Source: Balanoglossus misakiensis (Eukaryota > Animalia > Hemichordata). From it: a stretch of 64,000 bases of DNA. Shown in pieces: positions 1 through 11,536 of the stretch; within the stretch, counting starts at the first letter, position 1; the number at the start of each line of letters is the position of its first letter. The DNA is taken from assembly GCA_040954595.2 (NCBI GenBank), contig CM082592.2, positions 12,060,732 through 12,124,731 on the forward strand. The letters are read 5' to 3'. Below the pieces are notes generated by a model that saw nothing but the letters and a program-made list of their open reading frames with translations, was not told the DNA's origin and ran no database searches. A program made the position numbers and the translations under genes.

Positions 1-629
1 TGTGAGATTACTAGTACTACCTACCCGGTACTTCCATCCATTTAGGAAAGTTAGATATTCAGTTCCGACCATGAAATTTGGATACAGTTGGACTTCATCC
101 AGTGTACAAGGTCTTGTTTACTCCGTCCATTTTGAAACATACAAGAAACGCAACTTGGCTAAAATAGAGCAGCTAACACTCCCTGATAGTAAAAAGCCAC
201 AGAAGTCAAAACTGCACCAGTACTGCTTCCATGCAATGTTTAACACCCTTGACTTCACTTTAAGAAAGAGCGAGACTTGCTAAAAGAAAAACCAAGTCAG
301 TTCTTAAAAGTTGGCAATCAGTTGTATATTATTTGTACATGTACATCCATCCACAGTTCCTGAAAAGAACTTCACCTGTAATATAGTTGATATCATGCAC
401 AGCCTTGCTAAATTATGTCTGTTTCTTTTGTAAGATAAAATGGATTGGTATTAAAGATGTTACTGGTATCAATGAGACATATATGAATATAATTTGTAAA
501 TTTGTAAGATATTGAAAATATTGTCATAATTGTAGATAAAACATTCAAGATATTGTATATGCTTCTTTAATAAAATCTATAGTAATAAAACTATTTTCTT
601 GGTCATACAGACCTCCAGCACTCACTTAA

Positions 630-668
<39 letters not shown>
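630..668. repeat. (GAT)13 microsatellite
   Basis: Direct reading. Confidence 0.95.
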
Positions 669-671
<3 letters not shown>

Positions 672-991
672 ATTTATCTGCTTCTTTGCTTTTTCTTATA
701 CATATGATAACTGACTAGTAATAGTGCAGCTAGAATCTTTGGCAGCACAATGAACCCAGTCTGTGAGGGCGCTAAAAGGATGTAACCCACTGATCGCCCG
801 ACAGATTTTTTCATAAAGTTGACTGAGGTACTAATGTATATTTTTGTGTGGGGTGAGACGATGAACTCATGAAGACCCAGTTTCTCTTTTATTTATTTCC
901 CAGTGAGTATATTACACACATGAAAAGATAATATGGGAGAAATGACTAAACTTTCGCCCATCGCCCACTCTAAAGTTTGGCCAAACCAGAA

Positions 992-1107
992 CAGTATCAA
1001 AACTTTTTTTTACCCGTCGTTCTTTGCAATCGCCAAGATGGCTGCCTCCAGTATCAAAACTTTTTTTTACCCGTCGTTCTTTGCAAGCGCCAAGATGGCT
1101 GCCTCCA
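992..1107. repeat. 57-bp tandem duplication (2 copies, 1 mismatch)
   Basis: cagtatcaaaactttt...cgccaagatggctgcctc starts at 992 and again at 1049. The only difference seen is aatcgcc vs aagcgcc. Confidence 0.92.
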
Positions 1108-1774
1108 CAGAAACTGATCCGTCAGAATGCATTCATCAATATTTACGTTTCTGCAGCCATAGCTGCAAGTTCGGTTCCTTAGTAATGCCCAGAACTTCCC
1201 GTCTGCTCGAAGCAGCATCAAGGAAATATTCGCCCGCGCTACCTATGGAACAGCCTGGGAAGCCCTAATGGCATGCAGTATAGAGTTACACCTTGATTAC
1301 TAGAAAAGCGCCTGCGGCCAACCAGCTGTGTTCGGCATAATGTATGAAATACCTTTTACCTTTTATGGCACGTAGCCCAATATGAGCATTTAATTTATGC
1401 CAAGTGTGACGTGAGAAACAGGCGGATTATTGAACGCATTCACCTGCGGCAGTCATTTTCTCCCCGCTATGAGAAAATTTGACGTCTACTGTCGCCAAGC
1501 TTGAAGTCGATGGAGATCTTTGATGTATACGCTCTGAAGATGTGCGTAATGAGCTCCGGCAGGGTATGTCGACATTCATTTTCAGGCTTGCTCTGGTTGG
1601 AGGTTTAGCTTCGCCTGCGGCTGTCATTGTTTCTCTTTCCTTTTTAACTTCGCCGACTTGCCCATACAAGCTTGGGTTCGCCGCGTGTGCCTGTCTGTCC
1701 TACGCCAAGGCCCATTTCCCACCGAACCGCTTGATCACAACATTCGCCCGATTTCTGGGTGTAATTTTGCGGAG

Positions 1775-1829
1775 ATGTCGCGACGCAAGCAGAAAAATCC
1801 ACAGAAAATACGACAGCTAACGACCGAAG
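1775..1829 (+). CDS. Zinc-finger gene exon 1 (MSRRKQKNPQKIRQLTTE)
   Basis: ATG at 1775 in a CpG-rich region. Encodes MSRRKQxxPxxI as in FOG/SALL/BCL11/ZNF521. Consensus donor G|gtaagc at 1830, phase 1, matching the next acceptor. Confidence 0.85.
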
Positions 1830-2653
1830 GTAAGCCAGGATAAATTATGAGCATATTCCGCCTCTCTCGACACGATAGAGCAAAGCGTGTGAACTTTCGG
1901 TTGAAGAAATTACGACAACTGTTGTCACGAATGGGTGGGTCAGGTTGGTGGGCGGGATGGGACACACTTCCACAGGAATTTAGACTGCCGTAGATAGGAT
2001 CATCTTTCGGAATTTTAAGGCGGTCATGTGCGAAGTTCAGGGCGCAGGACCGGATGAAAATGATTTTATGTGTATGAATTCAGATGCTGAGGCCATTTGA
2101 GGGGTTCTTGCACAACTCTATAAAAGTATTGCGATTTATGTCAATTTCAAACCAGTTGTTTACGTGTTCATTTCAATTTCAGAAGAGAATATGCATTTAA
2201 AGTTACATTGTAAATTCATATATGTAATTTTATTTGCCCCAGATTATACGAAAAATTGACTACTTTGGTTATTTATTACTCAAATTTGGTAGTTTTAATG
2301 TTTTTCTTTAATGGTAGTGCCTTTGCTTCTGTCTGACATGTTTGTATTTGTTTTGTTTTTTAAAAAGAAGAAACCTCCCTTTCGGAAATGACATATATGA
2401 TATCTGTTTTATTTATCATTATCTGTGTAATTGTTCGCCTTTCCAGTATAGAAGAACACCCAAATAATGTCAGGTCATGACCTAATATGCCTTTAACTAA
2501 ATAACTTTTCTGTTGTTTGAATTTGAAGCGCTTGTGATAACTTGATTAGCCATATTGTAAAAAGTAGATATCTACAGCAGTAGAAAGTCAGCTTCAGACC
2601 TGGTCTTTTCACCTTGGAACTTATCCATTTCCATTCAATCATTGTTTTTTCAG

Positions 2654-3165
2654 AAGATGATGGGGACTTAGAAAGTGACGATGAAATGCATGGACAAGAC
2701 AGACAGAAAATTTGCGAGGAAGAAAGTCTGTTAAATTTAGACAAATATTACGAATCCTTCTCTGCAGATCAGTTGAAAGAAGAAAATTCAGATGAAGACA
2801 AACAGAATGACGCATCCACAAACATTTCCAATGGAATTGAAAATTCCACAAAGTCCAGGCATTTGCATGGGGAGACAGAGCAAGAGCATAAACACCAGGA
2901 TAATTCCAACATTGCCTACTATCCGTATATTAGTGGTGACTATCTTAGGTCGCAGAGTGTACCCGCGTATCAAGTATGGCCACCTGTTACCTCGGCAACA
3001 TCGATGGGGTACATGAGTTACTACCCCCCACCATACATGGCTCCCTACCAAGGCAAAATGGCAACATCAGAGACATTTACAGTCAGCAGGCCAAGTGTTA
3101 TTGTCAAGGCACCCCCAGCACTGAAGACCATGCCCTCAAAGGTGACTGTTTCAGTGACCTCCCGG
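2654..3165 (+). CDS. Zinc-finger gene exon 2 (acidic then Tyr/Pro-rich low-complexity region)
   Basis: Acceptor ttttttcag|AA and donor CGG|gtgagt. Lies within ORF 2614..3195. Contains YYPPPY. Confidence 0.85.
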
Positions 3166-6100
3166 GTGAGTCATGTTGTTCTCTCTCTCGTTTGAGGCCT
3201 AAAATGTGTGCTTTTAAGATATGTCCAATATAATACAAAATCAATTGAAGAAGGAGTTTCTTTTTATTCACAAATTTTAGTGGGAAGTATAAATCTGAAG
3301 AAAAGAAAGCTTGTTGTTAGGCATGATAGGAAAAGAATCTGTAAGATGATGTATTCCTTTCCTAAAGCCATGTCTGTCTCTGCAAATATCAAGTTTTCTA
3401 AGAAATTAGTGATTCAATAATGGTCACACAATGGTAACCATGGCAACCAGCTTTAAAAGAAATGGCGTGACACTAATGTCTAGCCAGGTGAAAAGCTCTG
3501 AAAGTCTGTGTTTTCATTTTAAACCTGCAAAGCCAATCACCATATGAGCAGCGGTTTCCATGACAATGGGGTATTTTCAACATCATTTGGCTTCTACCCC
3601 AGGTGGGCAAGAAGATGTTAGGTCGTGTTCTTCCCCTGCTGAAAAGAAAACTGATTCATCCAATCAATTATTAATAGTTATTCCTGTTAATGCAGAATAA
3701 GAACAGCTTTCTCCTGCAGTGTCTTAGACATACTGGTATGAATTAATAAAAGAAAGAAATTATCTTTGCAGGAGTTTGATTTAGAGTGGCAATACCTGAC
3801 AGGCAGGAGTCTACTTACCTTACTCCTCTAACACACTGACCTGTCAAAGTTATAAATGTTTCAGAATACATGTGTAAATCAACACTTTTTTCCTCAAAAA
3901 ACTATTTGGTACATGTATTAGCCATAATTATTTCATCAGTGTTGCAGTAAACCTGCAGAATGAAAGATGCAAAATTTTGCTGTCACTTTCAACTGACTAA
4001 AACTTTACACTGTTCCATTTCCACAGCAGTATCACAAATCGGATTAAACTTGCGAAATGTTTTGATGATTATCACTGAAATTTAGTAGTACATGTAATTG
4101 AAGTTCAAAATATTAAGTAGTATGATTGTCAATGTCATTCTTTTTGAATGTGATAACTACTCAAAAATAGCTATGGCATAGGCCATTCGAGCAGATAATT
4201 TATGAAAAAACTTTGAAGGACAGTGGTGGTATCACTTACTTTGTTCCAAGTTTCAGAAACTGACAACAATGAAACAGAAGGACTTCATACCAAGGTTATT
4301 TGTCTTTCATTATTCATATCAAATGACATGTTATTTTGGGTGTCAGGTTTAAATCTGGTATCCATTTCAAAACAGAAAACTAGTTTTCATTCCAAATTCT
4401 ACATGATCTGGACTTTTAACAAAAACAAGCTGCCAGTTGTGTTACAGTTCGCCCTATCACCAAGAATACAGTGGTGCAGGAAATGGTGATGGCCAGAGGA
4501 TATATGTCATCAGCCTCATCACTGGCGTTGGTAATATCTTGAGAATGAGAATCAGGCTACTGTTGGATATAGACAACCAAAATATATTGTGTTAGGAAAT
4601 CACAAAATAAAAGAACATTATTATGAATAATGATAAGCAAGAAATAAAATAAGTAAGAGTACCTGTGTAACTGTATTGTAAAAAGGGAAAATTTGTAAGT
4701 TATATGTTTGTTTTTGAATTGAAGACATTTAAACCAATGTCTTTTTGAGTAATACCGTATTACATTTTTAGTAATATTATATTGTCAAACATTGTGCTTA
4801 TTTCAGATTATGAAAAAATAGTGAAGGGTTATTATAGATAAAAACTAAAACGATAATTTTTTAAGGGAACTTTCTAGATTTTGTGTTGAGCAAGCAGAGA
4901 GTATGTGTGATATTTTCTAAATGCCTTTGTCAGAATATAGCAAGGATTGTGAAGAAGGATAAAACATAACAGGGAATGCTTGATGAGGCTGGTTTTTTAT
5001 TTCCTGCTCACTGAATAGCTGTTTTTTCTGAAGATAAAAATGGGTACCCTGCTGACAGAAATGCGATCGTAAATGGAATTATTTATCAGTATTGGGAGAG
5101 GTAAACGAGAAGCATCAGATGTATCTGCAGGGCACGGAGTATGATCCATTATCAGAGAGCACCAGAACGCGTGTAGTTACACGTACGTCAGCCTTCGTGA
5201 AATGATAAAGCCTTCAGGACGCACTCGCAGTGCCGCTATTAGAAGCCTTACTTCATTGATTTTTACGATGGCAAAATTTGAAAATTTCGAGATGCAAAGG
5301 TGCCCATTTAGTGCAGCCTCACATGCCCGCAATTCCCCCGTGCACCAGGCTACCAATTTTTCTTCTTTAATAATCGCAATCATTACTGCGAAGTGTTTTT
5401 CCCCTCTTATGCAAAGCACTTGAAGGATTTTTTTTTGACCTCGATAAATTTATGAATTTTCATCCAAGTGGTGCATTATGACACTTGACCTCTCCACAGA
5501 GTGAGTAGCAGATGGCATCACTGTATATGCCTGAATTAAATCACAACATTTTAGGTGCTGTTCAAACCAAATAATATCTGTATTGTTTAACATATGATTA
5601 TTGTAAAATGGAACATCTTGAGGGTTAGCAAAAGATGAAAACAATTATGTTAAAAATTACTCTTTTATAAAATGTTAGGTACTGGTAACTGCTTTATTGT
5701 AAAACACACGTACAGACAACTAAACCCATTAGAAGGGAGTAAGAGTGTTATTTGTTGGGCATCACCATTAGTGATATGAACTGAGGCAGTTGTCACCTAG
5801 CTGGTGCATCCATTAGTTGAAATCCATCACAAACCCTGAAGAAAACTTAAGTTTTCTCAGGAGAAAAAGACAACACCCTGAACACACACTGATTAGTCAG
5901 AGTAATAATATGACATTCAAATTGTATGACCAGTAGGTGACTTTTTAAGTTAATCTGAAAAGAAAAAGAATATTACAGCAGATACCCTGTGTGAGAAAAT
6001 ATGAGTTCTACTCCAGCACTGATAATCTCAAAGCTATTTCTGAAAGGTGATTGTTCACATGTAAAATGATGTTTAGGAGTGCTTTTAGCTGTTAAAAGAT

Positions 6101-7974
6101 CAAGGCAGAGTGATAGAAAGGCTAATGTGCATGTGAGATGTCGCCTTCTTGAAGTGTGATTTAATGGTTGTGCTGATTGGCTCAGTGAGCCTTGTTGCAT
6201 TAATATGACTGCATTAGCCAATCAGAGATGACCTTGTGTATGCTTTCATACAGAAGAATTGTTTTCCAGAAATCTAATGGAATTATTAGCTCTGAAATAA
6301 TTCACTTGAAAAAAACAGCAACCAGCATTTCCTGTGCTGTTGTGATATTGGCAAACAGAATCCTCAGATTCCAGGAACAAGTCATACAAATTTTCAGCAT
6401 CATGAAAATGAATATAGAGAGATGAAGTCAGGAAAGGATTGGTATGGCTTCAGTCTGGATATGTATTCTCCGAATTAGAAAGCCTAGCTCCTCTCAATAA
6501 ACAGGAAGATAGTATATTCTCATGTTTCAAAAATTGAGGACACAGCTACGTTAATCTGCACCATTTTGTGTGATTATTGGCATCAAAGACAATTGCATCA
6601 TCTGCAGATCTAGAGAAGAAGCTGAAATAATGACACTTTTTGACAACAGGGAAATTTGTACATGTATAGTCATGAATTCCGTCAGCAAAGCCAGTTGTGT
6701 GATATTTTCTGCCTCTTTAGTTTTGACCTGAGATCAGCATCCCCAAGCGGTTAGCAGGCTTGCTGTCGGTAATGAAGCTTATTTTGTTGTTTTGGAGATG
6801 ATTTGTGAAAAAGACCAGATAGGATCATAAGCATCCCCGGATTTTTATGTGAGGAGGAAGTCTGCATAAGCTCTGTAAATTGATAATCTCTATTAAATAG
6901 CCAGGGTTGTTAGTTCTTGCTTTGTGTGGTTATTAACAGTTTTTTTCACAGAAAGTAAACAGGAACTATGTGTTCCAAATTGATGCCACTTGTGGACACA
7001 TTTCATTTTGTGTTAAATGATTTCCACACACCGTTATTCATAGCAAAAATACCCTGTTTTTCCACCGATTCATTTTAAGGCCTGCCCACCAACCCACTGC
7101 TAATTCCATATGCCCCCTGGATAAATTCCGAAAGTAAGCCGTCTCCATTTTGCCGGACACTGCTGCTTAAATTACTTTGAAATAGCAATTTTCAGCATGA
7201 TTTGGTTTGAAATCGCCACCGCCATGATCCCACCTCTTGAAGGCCAGTTAAAAGGAGACGAATGGAGAGAGGGGGGAAAGAGAAAGAAAATCCCCCTTGT
7301 ATCAATCAAGATCACCAAGAGCAGAATAAATTGTCTCCTTATAGCAGCAGTGAAACTGTATCTACCAGCTGTAAGGAATGCAGCAAGCCTTTTGTCTGCT
7401 TCCTTTGGATTTCATGCTCCTTTGTGAGGGATATTGTTACACCACTAGGTTTTATCAATTATCCTTGGCACAAAATCCAACTCGGATCCGTTCAGATGCT
7501 GTAATAAAACTGTGATGCCAGCTGAATTCGCTATAAATCAAACCTTAACATCATTTTAGTATATCTCTTTAGCTGTTCGCATAGTACTAGTAGGCAAGAA
7601 GTATATGTGTATAATATGTATGATTATTTTTTTTATTTTATCATGTCAAAAGTTAGGCAAAATGTTTATTATCGGTATTACTATTACTCTATTTTACACC
7701 ACAGTCTTGCAAATTTCAAAAGCCTGATATTTTGTTGGTAACTTTATGTTAGAGTAGATTTTCTGTTTTCCCAATACCTTAGTTCTTAATACTTCTTTAG
7801 GAGGCTTATCCAGCCAGATTTTGCTCTTTTTTGCACACCGCACATCCTCAGGTGATGTACTCTACGCTTAAACCTGATGATACTATGCAAGATTTACCTA
7901 GAAGCTTAGCGTATTTGCTCACAGCAAGATGAGACAAGACGATACAAACTCTGTAATGAACTACCGAGTACACT

Positions 7975-8148
7975 TTAAAGGCATACAGTCACCTATGGAA
8001 ATTTATCCACAGTTACCATGGAAAGTTGACATCTAGCCAATCACAGATTTTCAGTGGGTGGCTCTGCAAAAAAAGTGCCATCACATGTTCTTCAGAAGGC
8101 TGAGACATGCCCTTTTAACCATACATGAGTATGTTTTCAAATACAGTA
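7975..8148. mobile_element. Possible degenerate MITE / non-autonomous DNA transposon fragment
   Basis: Begins TTAAAGGCATACAGTCACCT and continues gttaccatggaaag...ccaatcacagatttt. This resembles, from recall only, a short TIR repeat family of hemichordate genomes. No intact right TIR is visible. Confidence 0.3.
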
Positions 8149-8213
8149 CCAGCAGAGTGCAGGTTTTTCACCAAAATGTATTTTTTTAAAAGCTTGTGTT
8201 CTTTCTCTCACAG

Positions 8214-8439
8214 CGTACCAGTACTTTGCCATCACAGATGACCTCCCTGGCCACAGAGTTTCCACCAGCAGTGTCTCCTACTGCTACAGTAACAACAGGC
8301 GTGGTGCCAGCGCCTTCTTCAAGCAGTGACATGTCAGCCTCTTTAATGCTCAACAAACCCAAAACTCACATCTGTAAAACCTGTGGCAAAGCATTCGCCA
8401 AGAGTAGCACGTTGACGTCTCACATCAGAATTCATACAG
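8214..8439 (+). CDS. Zinc-finger gene exon 3 (Ser/Thr-rich linker plus finger 1, [23 protein letters not shown])
   Basis: Acceptor ctctcacag|CGT (phase 0) and donor ACAG|gtaata (phase 1). Canonical C2H2 finger. Confidence 0.92.
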
Positions 8440-9259
8440 GTAATAACAATGAAATCATTAGTACATTTTTAATACCCCGTCATTGGTTTGGTCGAATCGC
8501 ATGGAAGATTTGAACCAGTATACTGAGAAATGGGTCGGGGCCATATATGTCAACTAGACAACTGGATTTCTAGAACATCTGTTGCAGTTCCATGTCCTCG
8601 ATTTCTTCCTGTTACCAGATGTTCAATGTTCAGTCACAGATGACCCTGTGGTCATGATTTATAAATGAAGCAACATATCTAGATCAGAGATAAGTTGTCC
8701 TGAGAATCATTTTGAGATGAGCAAAGTTGATATTGAAATGTTGCATTTTAAAATGTTACCTCAGGGGAGAGGGAAGTTGTGTTGTGTTTCCTGGAAAGTG
8801 TGTTTGATTTGCCGTTGAAATCACAGAGGGAAAGTAACCCTGCAGGCTAAAGCTGAGATACATGAAAGCCTTTTTGTAGTGCTGTAGAAATGGAAGTATT
8901 GGCCCCAGGATAGACAGTTGCCTGTCATCATCCTGTCAGCCTTTTACTGTTGAACTTCCGTCAATTTGCAGAGATTAAATATGTTCACTTGAAACATTCT
9001 CACTGGCAGTTTCACTCACAATTTTGAATTGGGACTATGTTGATCATAAAAATGATCGCCTCAATTTAGTAAAAGATCCTCCTCTTTTTGAAACGTGCAC
9101 AACAGAACTGATTGTCCATTCCTTCAGAGGCCCTTTCCATACCTGCACAACAGTTCCTACAATAGGACTGAATGGACCTACTCTGGGATGAAATGTTGCA
9201 CGTAGAGTTATGAGATAAATCATTGTGAAGTTTGTTTATTCTTTTTTTTTTCATTTCAG

Positions 9260-9343
9260 GAGAGAAGCCATTTTGTTGTGAATTGTGTTCTGCCAAATTT
9301 AGTCGATTATCAACCCTGAAATACCACATGATGGTTCACAAAG
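9260..9343 (+). CDS. Zinc-finger gene exon 4 (finger 2, EKPFCCELCSAKFSRLSTLKYHMMVHK)
   Basis: 84-nt phase 1-1 exon, not in the ORF track. Acceptor tcatttcag|GA and donor AAG|gtaaag. Confidence 0.93.
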
Positions 9344-9534
9344 GTAAAGTTGTCATAGGTTTTCTTTTGTGCTAGGTTCAAAATGTTAATTCTGTAACTG
9401 TAGATGCTGTGTTGTTGTGATTTTTACTTGCTGCATGGCCAGAATAAAAATAAATATGAATATTTAATGTTGCATCAGTTCCTCCGGTGTCAGCCATATT
9501 TCGCACTGATCTATCTCGACTGTGTTGATTTCAG

Positions 9535-9618
9535 GGGAGACCAAATACAAATGTGAAGTCTGTGGAAAACACTTTCGTCATCTGAGCCACTACAAAGACC
9601 ATTCCAGAATACATTCAG
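9535..9618 (+). CDS. Zinc-finger gene exon 5 (finger 3, ETKYKCEVCGKHFRHLSHYKDHSRIHS)
   Basis: 84-nt phase 1-1 exon, with gatttcag|GG and CAG|gtacat. Confidence 0.93.
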
Positions 9619-9970
9619 GTACATGTATTTCATTTTCAGTCTGTACTTCTTTTAGCTCTTGTACATGTTTGTGGAGATCTTTCCTTGTCATCAGGTGGCA
9701 CCACACAGCACCATGTCATGAAAACATGTCAGCTACTTCCTGCAGGCAGAGCCATGATTATTATAAAACTGAAAGTCCAAGCAACAGTAAACAAGTTAAA
9801 ACATGAATGATGCTATGCTAGTATATACCGGGGTACACCCTAGGGCTGTCTGTGACTGACTAACTCGCACATTCAGGTGTTAAATTTGTGATACCTTTAT
9901 TTCACATGAGTAATTATTATTTTGCAAGAATTGACTGATGAGAAAAATTCATTACTTTTTCTGAAAACAG

Positions 9971-10767
9971 GGGAGAAGAAACATCACTGTGAGATTTGTG
10001 GGAAGCAATTTGGAAGGGTAGGACATTACAAAGATCATCTCCGAATCCATACAGGAGAGAAACCCTTCAATTGCAGTATTTGCAATAAAGCATTCTCACA
10101 AAGGTCTGGCATGAAGTACCACATGCACAAAGAACATGGCGTATCCACTTCCAAAGATGCTGATCAGCGGATGACGTTCTTACACAGTCCTGGCAGTCGG
10201 ATGTACTCTCTGGGCATGGACACTGATGAGGAGAAAGAAGCGGTTGCCAGGGGCTCCCCAGCAACCAGTGCATCTTCATCTTCTGGATGTGATGCGTCAG
10301 GGAGCAAAGATGACGAGGAGGATGAGAGTGATGACGCAGAGGAGGAAGAGAATTGCCATGGGGATGATGATGAAAATGATGTCAAACAGGAAGTAAGCAA
10401 TGAGGAAATTGACGAAGATACCCAAAGATGTTCTGGAGAAGAAAATGATACTGAAAAAAGAAGCAATCAAGAATCCAGCCGGGATAATGCAAGAGATAAT
10501 AAAGTCTCTTCTGAGAAGCAGTCCTTACTGAGAAAAGCCCTGAGCGAGCCTCTACCAATGCTTGGCGTAGACACTCCAGTGTCACGCTCAAAGAGCACAG
10601 CTCGGAACAGAGACACCACAGTTGAAAGCACAGAAACAAATGGTGATTCCAATTCTGCCTACTTCTCTGAAGAGATTTCCAAAGATTTTGGTGATGTCCC
10701 TTTGCCATTGCCAGCAAATGACGCACCACTTGTTCACCCAGTATTGCAAGAGTACACAACATTTTAA
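9971..10767 (+). CDS. Zinc-finger gene last exon (fingers 4-5 plus long acidic tail)
   Basis: Acceptor aaaacag|GG. Two C2H2 fingers joined by TGEKP, a D/E-rich tail and TAA at 10765-10767. Confidence 0.93.
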
Positions 10768-11135
10768 TCACAAATTACTTTTCAAAATACATGTAAGATT
10801 ATGATTGTTGATTTCTCTACATATATCGCTAAGGATTATTCACACCCATATCATGCCAAAATAGAAGATTAGTTTATTTTTTGTAAAGATTGTGTATGAT
10901 ATGTTATAGAGCACTGAAGATTGGCGGCCATCATGTTTCACCGCATAGTAATTAGTAGCGCCACCAATGGGAGTATGTACAGTGCTTTTGTTTTGTTTTT
11001 GAAAAAATGGTGTTTGTGGATGTGATCAACCATATGGATCAACAGATGACAAGGTGTACATTTTAAAACTTTTTATTTCTTATATATTATCTACAGGAAG
11101 TATAAAATGTCAGTTATATTTACTTCAAATGATGT

Positions 11136-11141
11136 AATAAA
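11136..11141 (+). terminator. Candidate polyadenylation signal of the zinc-finger gene
   Basis: AATAAA about 370 nt after the stop codon in an AT-rich 3' region. Confidence 0.45.
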
Positions 11142-11530
11142 GTCTTTCTGTCACCAATGACATCATATTTTTAGGTCAAAATTATTCCTAACTGTTTTCA
11201 AAAATAAAAATATATATGGAAAGTTATGGGTAAAACATTCTAAAAGATGTCTTGAAGACTGAATGGTTCCTATTAAAGTTTCCAACACGAGATCACATAT
11301 CTGTAAACCTGTCAAGGTGACATGTGATCCTTGTCTGACGTTGTGCATAGATATATAAAACAGGTATGAATATTCATCAGTCCGACACCAATAGTAATAA
11401 ATACAAAACAAATAGGGCTTTTAAAAGCTGCCTTCCTATTGGAGCTAAACAATAAGCATACCAAAGAACATAGCCAATCAGCAGAAAGTGCAGCTGTGTG
11501 TCTTCAAAATTAGTGTCACATACGAAATAC

Positions 11531-11536
11531 TTTATT
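11531..11536 (-). terminator. Candidate polyadenylation signal of the EMI-collagen gene
   Basis: TTTATT on + (AATAAA on -) about 470 nt past the stop. The 3' end converges on the zinc-finger gene. Confidence 0.4.

Larger units (their letters stand above)
950..2060. promoter_or_regulatory. CpG-rich promoter region around zinc-finger exon 1 (possibly bidirectional)
   Basis: Dense CpG between two CpG-poor flanks. Two YY1-like CAAGATGGCTGC motifs. Contains the first coding exon. Confidence 0.6.
1775..10767 (+). other. Gene span: C2H2 zinc-finger transcription factor with N-terminal NuRD-interaction motif; CDS join(1775..1829,2654..3165,8214..8439,9260..9343,9535..9618,9971..10767), 585 aa
   Basis: All introns are GT-AG with matching phases (1,0,1,1,1). 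Joined length is 1758 nt = 586 codons with no internal stop. Five C2H2 fingers with TGEKP-like linkers. Confidence 0.88.

Noticed and set aside
10067-10771. Ser-rich minus-strand ORFs
   Set aside because: Antisense to the acidic tail of the zinc-finger last exon.
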